NCBI RefSeq assembly: GCF_964188315.1
Contig: NC_135667.1
Location: 9,610,001-9,674,000, forward strand
DNA from: Podarcis muralis
Taxonomy: Eukaryota
Direction: 5' to 3'
Length of the DNA stretch: 64,000 nt
Position numbers and translations under genes: made by a program
In this document: piece by piece, positions 1 to 10,718 of the stretch
How positions within the stretch are numbered: position 1 is the stretch's first letter
How the letters are laid out: each line of letters starts with the position of its first letter
Notes under the pieces: generated by a model
What the model was told of the DNA's origin: nothing
Databases searched by the model: none
What the model saw: only the letters and a program-made list of their open reading frames with translations

Positions 1-242
1 ACATAATAAAAGAAATATAATTTATTTTAAACTTTTTTATAAACAAAATCATATAAATGTGGGAATGAAATGGAAGCATTAAGTGAAATATATAAAGAAA
101 TAAGGTTATTTTAAGGGCTGTCTTGTTCATCCATTAAAAATGTCACCTCCATCTAAAAGGGATATCCTAGACAGTTTCTTTCTTTGGCAAAATTAGATTT
201 CTCTCTCTATTTTCTCTTTCAGGTGGTATTGGGCCTTTGGAC

Positions 243-706
243 TGTCAGGAAAAAGCACCAAGGCAAAAGCCAGCTCCAGATGGCTGGAATGCAAAACAGG
301 ATGTTGTGGTTTGCAGATGTACTTTTGGAGAAAAGGTGGAGTCTTTTCTCTGTACTGAGCACCGGATGTTAGCTCAGAGTGTCATCAGACCTGTACTGGA
401 AGTACAGGGGCGGAGGGTTGTGACTCTCCTAATGGAGACTGAAGGGTGCAGTCACATTTCTATGTACTGCTGGAGACAGGAATAAAAAGACATGTAAAAG
501 AACTCCTGTCTGTCTCATTTCCCCTCCCTGGGGGGAAAGCAAGGAGAGAGAAGCAGAGGGTGTGTTCTTCTCACGACTAATGAGAAGAATCGCCGGGTTT
601 GTTTACCTAGCCTGCCGGCAGTCGCAGACGGATGGTAAACACAGTATCTCGCTCAATTGCCTCGGGGGAGGCCAGGTACCTCTGCCTGTGAGCCAAGATA
701 CTAACA
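243..706 (+). repeat. 5' LTR of copia element
   Basis: TGTCAGGA...CTAACA, AATAAA at 481-486, repeated at 3814-4277. Confidence 0.95.
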
Positions 707-1290
707 TATGGCAGCCTTCGGATGGTTTCGATTCATCGGACATCTGCATGAGAGGCTGGTGGATTGTCCTCCTCTGCTCCAAGGAAGAAAAGCATCTGAG
801 AGCAGCTGGAGGCTGACCTGACGGCTGGATCCAGAGGAAAGTGTTTTCCAAGCTCAAGGTATGCTGCATTTCGGGCTGAAATTGTGAACGCAGTTTGATT
901 AATTCACTGGTTCACGGAGCTGCGTTTCAAAGAAAACAAACGCTCCGGGAGAAGAGGCCTGCAGCTTGGAAGCTCAGCCTGCATCCCACAAATTATTGTG
1001 GTTAAGATAAGAAGTCCTGTATGCACTGTTGCTAAGTAACGGAAAGTTGGAAAGTTACTGGCAAAGGGGCTGGACTGTGAGTGTGAGCCTGGGAAAGCGA
1101 AACAAAACCAGAGAATGTTTTGACTAGAAGTTTACGTGCTCTTGGAGGGACTTTCCGTAGCAGCCAGAGTTTAGCTGCCAGGTGCCAAAGAGCGTAAACA
1201 ACTTGCAGTTTGCCTGCCTGAGAAAGAAAAAAACAACTGTTGGATTTTACAGTTTGTTTGAGAGTGTGAGCTGGAGGCTTTGGCTTCAAG

Positions 1291-4056
1291 ATGGATGCCA
1301 AGAAGGGGGCTTTGCCTTACCCACCTCCCTTAGATAATGACAATTATTCATCTTGGTCTGTAAAGATGAAGGCCCTGCTGCAGAATCAGAGGCTTTTTGA
1401 TGTAATTGAAAACCCCATCCCTGCAGCTCCAACCGGAGGTTGGGAGTCACGGAATGTGAGGGCCAGGACTGCTATAATTCTGTGTGTCTCAGATGAGCAG
1501 TTGGTGCATATTCAGCATTTACAAAATGTGAAAGAGGTTTGGGATACGCTACGCACAACGCATCAGAGAGATGCTGGTTCTTCAGCGTTGCTGTATTTTG
1601 AGAAGTTAACCAATCTGAGACTAGCGCCTGATGGAGATGTTCAAGCGCACCTGACAGAAATGAAGTTTCTGCGTCAACAGATGGTGGAACGCAATTTCCG
1701 TCTACAGGAGGAAGTGTTTTGCTTCATGATGATAAACAGCCTGAATAGGACTTACAAGGTTGTTGCCAGTCAGCTTGGTTCCCTACCGGCTCAGGACCTG
1801 ACCGCGGAGAGAGTGTGTGCCGTCGTCCTTAATGAACACGACAGACTTGCTGCACTGGAAGTGAAGGACAGGGGGAGGGAAGAACGGAGTTCAAATCTTC
1901 CCACTGCTGATGCTACTGGAGAGCATGCTGTAGCATTGAGTGCTGTCCGATGCTACAATTGTGGACAGACTGGGCATCTACAGTGGAACTGTAGAAAGCC
2001 GCGACAGTCAAGAGGAGCAAAGAGCAGCTCAACGAAGCCTGAGGCGTCAGGCAAAGGCCGTACCAAGTGCCAGGGGACACCTGCAAAGGCTATGATGGCG
2101 AAAGGAACCACGCCAGATGTTGGGAACGCCTTTATAATCGACACTGGATGTACAAAACATTTATGCCCACACAGACAACTGTTTTCGACGTTGAAGAAGC
2201 AAAGCTTCACTGTGAAACAGGCCAACGGTCAAGAGCTGGAAGCGACCGGGATTGGGACTGTGTATCTTGAGAGTCTGAACTTGAATATAAGCAATGTTTA
2301 CCTGGTTCCAGAACTGAGATTTAATCTGCTGAGTGTGTCGCAGATTGCGAAGAAAGGACTGAAACTGTCCTATGATGCTAAAAGATGCAAGATCTACAAA
2401 GATGGAGAACTGTTTCTTACTGCCAGAGAGAAAGATGGACTGTATTTGTTGACTTTTGATCAAAGTGATTACATGAAATGTAATTCTTCTGATTCTAACG
2501 AAATTTCTCTTGCAGGTGTGACCAACACGAACAGCAAGAAGGTGACTAACAAGGTCGGCAGGGCGTTTCAGCGGGTGTATGCTGATGTGATTGGTCCTCT
2601 AGAACCATCTAGAGGCGGTGCAAAATATTACCTTTTGTGTGTGGATTGTTTCACTAATTATTCTTGGGTTTATTTGATGGGGAAACCGCAAGAAACTTTA
2701 GAAAAGTTTCGGGAGTTTTGTGACAAGGTTAAAAATATGCATGATGCTAACATTGATTGTCTTTTCACAGATGACAAGAAAGTTTTTCTGTTACAGAAGT
2801 TTCAGAAGTTCCTGGATGGAAAAGGGATAGACCACAAAGTTTCTGTTTCGCCAGAAGCGTGGAACAGAGGAGTCTGTGTGAAAGTGAACAAAGAATTGCA
2901 AAAGGGGATGCATGCGCAATTGCTGAGTTCACATTTGCCACATGAATATTGGGCCGAGTCGCTAGCGTCCTATCTTCACGTGTGGTTGAGAAAGATCTCA
3001 ACAGAGTTGGGATGTTCTCCTTTTGAGAAGCTGTTCAAAAGAAAACCTTCTGTTGCCTATTTTAAGGTTTTCGGGTCTCATGTGAGAACAGAAGCTCCAG
3101 GTGGAGTAAAGAATGCCAGAGGCATTTTTGTGGGTTATGAAAAAGGTCTCTATAGAGTAATTTTGTCTGAATCTGGTCAGGTGATTCTCACAAAGTTTCT
3201 AGAGAGTGCTCCAGAAAAGGAGCGGGTTATAGAACAAACATTTCCCACAGGTGACCATTCAGATGATGACGATTTTTCTGATGTCACAGATTACAGTGGT
3301 ACTGATGATGATGACAGTGATAGCTCAGAGAGTTCAGTTGTAACAGTCATTGAGAGAAAATCTCACACAATGGATAGACCTTCACAGATGAAGGAAGAAC
3401 CACTGTTAGCCAATGCTACTGGTTCTCAACAAAGTCCAGAGGTTGAACCAGTGAGCACAGATGATCAGCACCTCATACGCAGGTCTGAGAGAGTTACAAA
3501 GGGTGTACCACCAAAGAGGTACTCAAAAGAGTTTGCTAACATAGCTGTTGCATGTGTTGCTATTGTTAACAACTCAAAGCAGGTTAAAGCAGTGTCTAAG
3601 TCAGAGACAAAGACACAACAGAGAGTAGCAAGCCAAGGTAATGCAGAAGCACTCATTCCTTGGAAGCCAGACAACCAGAGAGGTACACTGGTGAAACCAG
3701 TGGTGGTGAGTTCCAAGGGTGGAACTGAAACAACAGGGGACTGTTATATGTATAACAACTGTTTGTTTTCTTCTCTGGATCATGTTTTGCCTATTGATGC
3801 TTTCGGGGGAGGATGTCAGGAAAAAGCACCAAGGCAAAAGCCAGCTCCAGATGGCTGGAATGCAAAACAGGATGTTGTGGTTTGCAGATGTACTTTTGGA
3901 GAAAAGGTGGAGTCTTTTCTCTGTACTGAGCACCGGATGTTAGCTCAGAGTGTCATCAGACCTGTACTGGAAGTACAGGGGCGGAGGGTTGTGACTCTCC
4001 TAATGGAGACTGAAGGGTGCAGTCACATTTCTATGTACTGCTGGAGACAGGAATAA
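1291..4056 (+). CDS. copia Gag-protease-degenerate integrase polyprotein (921 aa), lacking RT and RNaseH
   Basis: Copia Gag N-terminus (NYSSWSVKMKALL), CCHC knuckle CYNCGQTGHLQWNC, protease IIDTGCTKHL, GLYLL pre-integrase motif, integrase-like VYADVIGP / TDD / LPHEYWAE / FKVFGS, SH3-like GIFVGY and RRSERVTKGVPPKRY. No RT motif follows; the ORF runs into the 3' LTR. Confidence 0.9.
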   Translation: MDAKKGALPYPPPLDNDNYSSWSVKMKALLQNQRLFDVIENPIPAAPTGGWESRNVRARTAIILCVSDEQLVHIQHLQNVKEVWDTLRTTHQRDAGSSALLYFEKLTNLRLAPDGDVQAHLTEMKFLRQQMVERNFRLQEEVFCFMMINSLNRTYKVVASQLGSLPAQDLTAERVCAVVLNEHDRLAALEVKDRGREERSSNLPTADATGEHAVALSAVRCYNCGQTGHLQWNCRKPRQSRGAKSSSTKPEASGKGRTKCQGTPAKAMMAKGTTPDVGNAFIIDTGCTKHLCPHRQLFSTLKKQSFTVKQANGQELEATGIGTVYLESLNLNISNVYLVPELRFNLLSVSQIAKKGLKLSYDAKRCKIYKDGELFLTAREKDGLYLLTFDQSDYMKCNSSDSNEISLAGVTNTNSKKVTNKVGRAFQRVYADVIGPLEPSRGGAKYYLLCVDCFTNYSWVYLMGKPQETLEKFREFCDKVKNMHDANIDCLFTDDKKVFLLQKFQKFLDGKGIDHKVSVSPEAWNRGVCVKVNKELQKGMHAQLLSSHLPHEYWAESLASYLHVWLRKISTELGCSPFEKLFKRKPSVAYFKVFGSHVRTEAPGGVKNARGIFVGYEKGLYRVILSESGQVILTKFLESAPEKERVIEQTFPTGDHSDDDDFSDVTDYSGTDDDDSDSSESSVVTVIERKSHTMDRPSQMKEEPLLANATGSQQSPEVEPVSTDDQHLIRRSERVTKGVPPKRYSKEFANIAVACVAIVNNSKQVKAVSKSETKTQQRVASQGNAEALIPWKPDNQRGTLVKPVVVSSKGGTETTGDCYMYNNCLFSSLDHVLPIDAFGGGCQEKAPRQKPAPDGWNAKQDVVVCRCTFGEKVESFLCTEHRMLAQSVIRPVLEVQGRRVVTLLMETEGCSHISMYCWRQE

Positions 4057-4277
4057 AAAGACATGTAAAAGAACTCCTGTCTGTCTCATTTCCCCTCCCT
4101 GGGGGGAAAGCAAGGAGAGAGAAGCAGAGGGTGTGTTCTTCTCACGACTAATGAGAAGAATCGCCGGGTTTGTTTACCTAGCCTGCCGGCAGTCGCAGAC
4201 GGATGGTAAACACAGTATCTCGCTCAATTGCCTCGGGGGAGGCCAGGTACCTCTGCCTGTGAGCCAAGATACTAACA
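3814..4277 (+). repeat. 3' LTR of copia element
   Basis: Direct repeat of 243-706. Confidence 0.95.
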
Positions 4278-4348
4278 TGGACTCCATTGCCCAATGTCAT
4301 GGAGCGTGAGCCCCACCAACAGTAACCTTTTCTCTGTCCTTACATTGT

Positions 4349-4643
4349 AGAAGAAGAAGAAGAAGAAGAAGAAGAAGAAGAAGAAGAAGAAGAAGAGGAG
4401 GAGGAGGAGTTTGGATTTGATATCCTGCCTTTCACTCCCTTTAAGGAGTCTCAAAGCAGCTAACATTCTCCTTTCCCTTCCTCCCCCACAACAAACACTC
4501 TGTGAGATGAGTGGGGCTGAGAGACCTCAGAGAAGTGAGACTAGCCCAAGGTCACCCAGCAGCTGCATGTGGAGGAGCGGAGATGCGAACCCGGTTCCCC
4601 AGATTACGAGACTACCGCTTTTAACCACTACACCACACTGGCT
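4349..4643 (-). mobile_element. tRNA-derived SINE, Squam3-type, with (CTT)n tail
   Basis: Minus-strand head AGCCAGTGTGGTGTAGTGGTTAA (A box) and GGTTCGCATCTCC (B-box-like). Near-identical copies at 16522-16771 and 52389-52637. Family name is from recall. Confidence 0.8.
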
Positions 4644-4997
4644 GTTCAGATGACTTTATAGCACTGTAATACCCAGCTGAGAATGTAATGTGTCTGTGCA
4701 ACTGTCACATGTTTGGAGAGAAATGAATCCCAAAGGGATGTGGATCGGATGGCTAAGATTAGCTCTACCGGTGATTCCTTTTCACTATTGACATATTTTG
4801 AAAATACTTTGAACAGTTGTGCAGACCAATATATTTAAACTTCAACATTTGTAGAGAATTAATTATGTTAAAGAACTATTTGTGTGGGATCATATTGTAT
4901 TTTGTGGTTGAGGGGAAACACAGGATGAAACATGGCCTTGCTTCCAGCTGCTACCCACAAACCCATGATTGACTTTTATCTTGCTTTCAGGAAGCAG

Positions 4998-5036
4998 AGT
5001 TTTTGTACTGCCTCTGAGAATGCTTTGCTCACTGTG
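4998..5036 (-). other. 23-bp-spacer recombination signal sequence of VH-A
   Basis: CACAGTG (5036-5030), 23-nt spacer, ACAAAAACT (5006-4998). Confidence 0.95.
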
Positions 5037-5484
5037 TCCCTTGAACAGTAATACATGGCAGAGTCTTCAGGCTTCAGGCTAGTCAGTTGCAGGAACACCT
5101 GGTTTTTTGAGGTGTCTCTTGTGATGGCGATCCGGTTTTGGAGGGCACTGCTATAGGCTGTGCTTCCACCACTCCCGATAGCTGCAGCCCAGTCCAGTCC
5201 CTTTCCGAGTGGCTGACGGCTCCAGTGTACTCCATAGCTTGTTAAAGAAAAACCAGACACCGTACAGGTCAGTCGCAATGTCTCTCCTGGTCTTTTCACA
5301 CCACCTCCAGACTCAGTAAGAGTGATCTGTGAGGAAATGTCTGTATATGGAGAAGAAAAATGAAACATGAAATGACATGGAATGACACAACAAAGCGATG
5401 TATTGTCTACAGGAGTGGGGAGAGGATTTTTCTCTTACATGCTGGGAAGAACATTAGGAAAATCATCAAGGGTTGCACTTCCAT
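5037..5484 (-). CDS. IGHV: Immunoglobulin heavy-type V gene segment VH-A, apparently functional (leader exon 5484-5439, V exon 5340-5037)
   Basis: Leader MEVQPLMIFLMFFPA with GTAAGA donor, a 98-bp intron and a TACAG acceptor. V exon QITLTESGGGVKRPGETLRLTC...HWSRQ...GLDW...EDSAMYYCSR has no stops. Canonical 23-RSS and octamer present. Confidence 0.93.
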
Positions 5485-5596
5485 GATCAATGGCATCATC
5501 TCACAGGACCTGAAGAAGACCTGAATTATATGAAGGACTTTGAATTCTGCATCCTCTGCAGAGGACTTCTTTTTAATGAAGGTCCCCAAGGACCTG

Positions 5597-5604
5597 ATTT
5601 GCAT
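5597..5604 (-). promoter_or_regulatory. IgH-type octamer ATGCAAAT (VH-A promoter)
   Basis: ATGCAAAT on the minus strand about 113 bp upstream of the leader ATG; TATAA-like motif near 5526-5530. Confidence 0.85.
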
Positions 5605-6417
5605 GGGGCCATCAGTGCTGTTATTATAAGTGGCAAGTAGATGCACACATGCAGGTGGTGTGGTTATCATGACAAGAACAGCAGCCCCACATCTCCCTCC
5701 AATTTCAAAGGCCAATTTAAAGACAGAGAAGATTGGGAGAGGGAAAGCAGCACCTTGCAGATTTCGTGGAGCACACAATATAGAAGCAATATGGAATGTC
5801 TGACATAATGATGTTCGTTTCATTTGATTCCATTTACAAAATCACATTCCAAAATTATAGACTGGCATAACATATCAGCAAAGGAAACTGTCTTCTCAGC
5901 TTCTTCCTGTGGCAAAATTATATTTCTCTTTCTATTTTCTCTTTTGCCCAACATCATGGAGCATGAGCACCACCAACAGCATTTTTTCTCTCTGCGCTTA
6001 CATTGTAAGGGGCTGCTCAGATGTGTTTATAGTACAGTAATACCCAGCTCAGAATGTAATGTGTTTGTGCAACTGTCACATGTTTGGAGAGATGTGGATC
6101 CCAAAGGTATATTGAGCAGACGGCCAATATTAGCTGCAGCCAAGAATCTCTCTGCTTCTTTGATTGATTGTGACTTGATTATTTATTTCTATACAATATA
6201 ATATATTTAAAATCTCTCTAAGCAACAACTTGCAAGTTTAACAAAATATTTCAAAAGTACAGAATTACATATAAAAATGCTACATTAATGGAAAGTTACT
6301 AAAATATAAATAAACACCATTTCATTTTTTTCTGACGTGTGCTACCTCTCAGCCTCTGCGTTCTCACCCATGACCCAAACTCTCAGGTCACCCATAAAAG
6401 TCTCACAAGAAGATACT

Positions 6418-6497
6418 TTCTTCTTCTTCTTCTTCTTCTTCTTCTTCTTCTTCTTCTTCTTCTTCTTCTTCTTCTTCTTCTTCTTCTTTCTTCTTCT
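6418..6497. repeat. (TTC)n microsatellite
   Basis: Direct reading. Confidence 0.95.
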
Positions 6498-7313
6498 TTT
6501 TAATGTTAAATTCAGTTCCTCACATTTCTGTAGCAATTTCTGGTTTTTCTTTTGTTTAAAAAGTCTAAGCAGCATTTTAATGCAAATTCAACAGTATTTT
6601 CCTGTGACTTTTCCCTAATAGATTCACGTTTCTATGCAGTTTTGACCAATATATCATTTCCCCCCAAAAAGTGTCCCTTAACAGAATGCCATTTTAAGGC
6701 TCCTCCCACCCACTAATTTATGAATTTTTATGCACACTTCACCCTCACATATGCATTTCAGTTCACACTGATTGGAGAACCACATCGCAAATTTCAGAGA
6801 AATGCGAATTTTGAAGTATGACTGTTTTGCTTCATATATTAGTTTGAGTAGTGTGTTTGCACAATAGAGTACCGTTAAAATCAAACCTGGCAGCACCCTC
6901 TCTAGTGTGGATTTGGGTGCATAATTTGGGTTTATTGCCACAGAATTTGTGCTGTTGTTCAGAGAGACCACTGCTACCTGTTTACAGTGCAAAAGGCCCA
7001 GGCTTTATCAAAGAATACCATCCACAGGAGTTTACATGCCATATACAAAGAAACTTGTCTTGTTTGTGCTTAGTTCCAAGAGTCTGCAAGCTTCTGTTTC
7101 TGACTGAAACCGAGAGAAACCTCTCCCCTGTTGGTTTCACTGCAGGTTTTTGTAAATGTTCCAATTCACTTTCCGTTTGCCTTTTCTGTGCAGTAACCGA
7201 TGCCTTGGTCCTCAATTTTCAGGCTTCCCATATGCAGATAAACCATGCTTTTTGGAACTATCCATGGAAACACCTAACAATATGCCATTCATCTCAGTAG
7301 TAGTCTAAAGTCA

Positions 7314-8315
7314 TTAAATAATTTGTTGAGGACATTTTTTCACGGACCCCATTTTGATTAATTTTATGACAGCAGAGGAGGGTAGGTGGCAACTACTGTG
7401 CATTGCTCTTTTTGCAGCAGTTTTGAACTCACTGTTCCGGATTGTGAAGATGAAAGCGCTTAGGGGAGGCAAAGCAACAATGGTCACAAGGAACACGACT
7501 TTGTTGATTTGGGTGTCACTTTGGGTCGAAGGCCTCAGGTACATGAAAAACATTGCTCCATAGAATAGGCAAACAATAGTGAGATGAGAGGAACATGTGG
7601 AAAATGCCTTTGAACGTCCAGTAACAGACGGAATCCGCAATATGGTGTTTATAATGCTGGCATAAGAGACAAGTGAAAAGAAAAAGGAACCCTACATAAG
7701 AATGGCAGCATAAAAGAGACCTACAAGCTCCATCACAGTTGTGTCAGCACAAGCCAATTTCAAAACAGGTCCGATATCACAGAAGCAATGATCAATGACA
7801 TTCTGTCCACAGAACGGGTAAGTCCACAAAACTATGGATTGAGACAAATTAGCTATAAACCCTACAGCCCAAGCCATTAACGACAGGTGGAAACACAGTC
7901 TGTTAGTCATCATTGCATTGTAAAGAAAGGGTTTGCATATGGCTGTGTAGCGATCAAAAGACATGGTGGCAAGGTTGATTAACTGTATAGCTCCAAGTGA
8001 GAAGCTAAATAAAACTTGTATCAGGCAACACGCGAAGCAGATGGTATTTTGGTTCAAAAGGATATTAGTCAGCATCTTGGGTATTACTGCTGTGGTGCTA
8101 CAGAGCTCCGTCAAGGAGAAGTTGCTGAGGAAGAAATACATGGGTGTGTGGAGTTTGGGTTCCATGAAGACCACTGAGATGATGAGACAGTTACCTGAAA
8201 TGGACAGCAGGTACATCAGAAGGACAATCCCAACAAATGGCGTCCTCATTCCATGAAATTCAGGGAATCCCAATAGAATGAACTCCGTGATCAATGTTGC
8301 ATTGGCTGCCTCCAT
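7314..8315 (-). pseudogene. Olfactory receptor pseudogene, family 6 (OR6X1-like), single in-frame TAG
   Basis: OR motifs [21 protein letters not shown] and KAFSTCSSHL. ORFs 7692-8315 and 7314-7640 are in the same frame, separated by a TAG at 7692-7694. Close paralog of 18469-19503. Confidence 0.9.
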
Positions 8316-8895
8316 TTCCTTGTTTTTCCTCCTTAAAAAAATAAAAATAAAGTTTCAGCACAACTTCTCATAAGTACACAAGGAAACATATGTATACTGA
8401 TATGCATTTTAGCAAACAGCGCATGAATTTATCACTAGGTGTTATGTTTAGTTACATAAAATGAATATTTCTTCACTTTCATGACATGTATAGTTTTCTA
8501 GAGGTGGTTCATGAGGAAGTAGAAGGCAGCGGTATCTTAGGAGCATCAGTGGCACATTGCTCATCAGGATGGAGATGAGGTGAGGCTGCTGTGGCAAGGC
8601 TGAGGGAGCCCTGAGTAGTTGTTGGTGGCAGCACCACAAATACAAACACACATATTTAACTTCATCTATCAATTTTTATTTCTTTAAGTTTCTCATTTTC
8701 TTAATTTTACATTCACTTCCATGCATTTTCAGCTCAATTTATGCATTGCTTTTTTATATATAAAAAAGCCCTCATGAAAATTCATTAGCATTTTAGTATA
8801 AATTTCACCCAGTGATAAGTATTTCTGCCAGAAATTTCCCTTGATATAATTAAACCGTGTATATTAGTTTCAGTGATTTGTGCATTAGCCTAGCA

Positions 8896-9040
8896 CAGGG
8901 GTAGGCAACCTAAGGTCCGCGGGCCGGATGCGGCCCTATCGCCTTCTAAATCCGGCCCGTGGACGGTCCGGGAATCAGTGTGGTTTTACATGAGTAGAAT
9001 ATATGCTTTTATTTAAAACGCATCTCTGGGTTATTTGTAG
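8896..9040 (+). mobile_element. hAT/Charlie-like DNA transposon terminal fragment
   Basis: Begins CAGGGGTAGGCAACCTAAGGTCCGCGGGCCGGATGCGGCCC, the terminal pattern of Charlie/MER58-type elements. Confidence 0.6.
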
Positions 9041-9522
9041 AGACGTCACCTTGCCAACAAAGGTCCGTATAGTTAAAGCCATGGTTTTCCCAGTAGTGAT
9101 GTATGGAAGTGAGAGCTGGACCATAAAGAAGGCTGATCGCCGAAGAATTGATGCTTTTGAATTATGGTGCTGGAGAAGACTCTTGAGAGTCCCATGGACT
9201 GCAAGAAGATCAAACGCATCCATTCTTAAGGAAATCAGCCCTGAGTGCTCACTGGAAGGACAGATCATGAAGCTGAGGCTCCAGTACTTTGGCCACCTCA
9301 TGAGAAGAGAAGACTCCCTGGAGAAGACCCTGATGTTGGGAAAGATGGAGGGCACAAGGAGAAGGGGGCGACAGAGGATGAGATGGTTGGATAGTGTTTT
9401 CGAGGTTACCAGCATGAGTTTGACCAAACTGCGGGAAGTAGTGGAGGACAGAGGTGCCTGGCGTGCTCTGGTCCATGGGGTCACGAAGAGTCGGACACGA
9501 CTAAATGACTAAACAACAACAA
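9041..9522 (+). mobile_element. RTE-BovB LINE 3' fragment
   Basis: Translation VTLPTKVRIVKAMVFPVVMYGSESWTIKKADRRRIDAFELWCWRRLL...KSRTRLND and (CAA)n tail, typical of the BovB C-terminus. Confidence 0.92.
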
Positions 9523-10718
9523 TTAAGCATAACCTTTTGTTATGCAATGGGCACAGTCAAGGGGATCAAGAGGGTTATTTTACTTTTATCTCCCCCAAAG
9601 GATTTACTAGCACCATAGATTATATCCTAACATCTAATAATGTGCCAGTTAACCGAGATACCTTCAGGATAATTCCCAGAGCTGAAAGTGACCACTTTCC
9701 ACTTGAGTTATCTCTGACATCATTCGTTTCTCCTGCCTTTCCTAAATTATTGGATGAAACAGAATATCTGATACTTGGAAATAGAAGGTTAAAATGGAAT
9801 GCACAGGTCCAAGAAAAAAATGATTCAGATCCTGGATTCCCATGAATTTGCTTTATTAAAGGGGGAAATGTTGTTAGAAACAGGAAACATAATCGGACTT
9901 TATGAGAACATAATCAACTCAATGAACGCACCGATGACCACAACTAGTGTGATAAAAAACAAAAAGTTTAAGACAGACTTGGTTTGATAAGGAATGTCAG
10001 AATAGCAAAAAATGCCTAGCTAGGGAACTTAGAAAACTGAAGTTAAAACAGGATAAGCACAATCTTGCTCTACAAGCTGAGGTAGCCCAATTACGATACA
10101 ATTATAAATTATTACTTAAAAGCAAGAAACAAATATATTATGAACAACAGTGGAATGCATTGGGAGATGCAGTACTTCAAAAGGACTCATGGAAATTTTG
10201 GCATCTGGTTGCCCAAGGCACAAATGGGCCGGGCTACTCGCTAGAAGCATCTGTCCAAGGAAAGGATTGGGTGACATATTTTACAGGAATATATGGCCCC
10301 TGTCCTGACCCATCACCACAAGTTTACTACACTCAGTTATCAGAACTGCCAGAATGGCCGGACGTCACGCCCAATCAGATTAAGAGGCTAATCACAAGCC
10401 AACTAGCTAATAAAGCTCCAGGAGAAGACATGAACCCAATGGAGATCTATAAGATAAGACCTGATTTCTGGTCTCCTATTTTTGCAAAATTGTTTTCATA
10501 CATAAACAGCTCAAGTCGCATACCTGAAGGGTGAAAGTTGAGTATAATTGCCCCAATATATAAAAAGAGTGATAAGGAAAAACCCTGACAATTATAGACC
10601 CATTAGTTTGTTAGATGTAGCCTCCAAACTATATGCCAGGCTCCTTCTTGGGAGACTAGAAGAATGGGCAGATACAAATAAGGTGATATCTGAAGTCCAG
10701 GCAGGTTTCCAAAGAGGG
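9523..10718 (+). mobile_element. Degraded non-LTR retrotransposon ORF2 fragment (APE endonuclease end to RT start), clade uncertain
   Basis: STIDYIL and SDHFPL (APE C-terminus), KAPGED, NYRPISLL and QAGF (RT N-terminus), broken by frameshifts. Confidence 0.75.

Larger units (their letters stand above)
243..4277 (+). mobile_element. Ty1/copia-type LTR retrotransposon, non-autonomous (no RT/RNaseH), very recent insertion
   Basis: Two 464-bp LTRs (243-706 and 3814-4277) with TG...CA ends and no differences seen by eye. A 5-bp TSD TGGAC lies at 238-242 and 4278-4282, with a purine tract GGGGGAGGA just before the 3' LTR. The internal ORF has copia domain order. Confidence 0.95.

Noticed and set aside
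205-242. Polypyrimidine tract plus CAG resembling a splice acceptor at the copia insertion site
   Set aside because: No recognisable exon results after removing the element, and the region is homologous to non-coding DNA upstream of VH-A.
707-725. Possible primer-binding site TATGGCAGCC
   Set aside because: Only about 7 nt (TGGCAGC) resemble a tRNA 3' complement as recalled, too short to assign a tRNA.
184-816. Short ORFs duplicated at 3719-4056
   Set aside because: They are translations of the LTR sequence, not separate genes.
6337-6618. Poly-Phe and poly-Lys ORFs
   Set aside because: Artefacts of the (TTC)n microsatellite.
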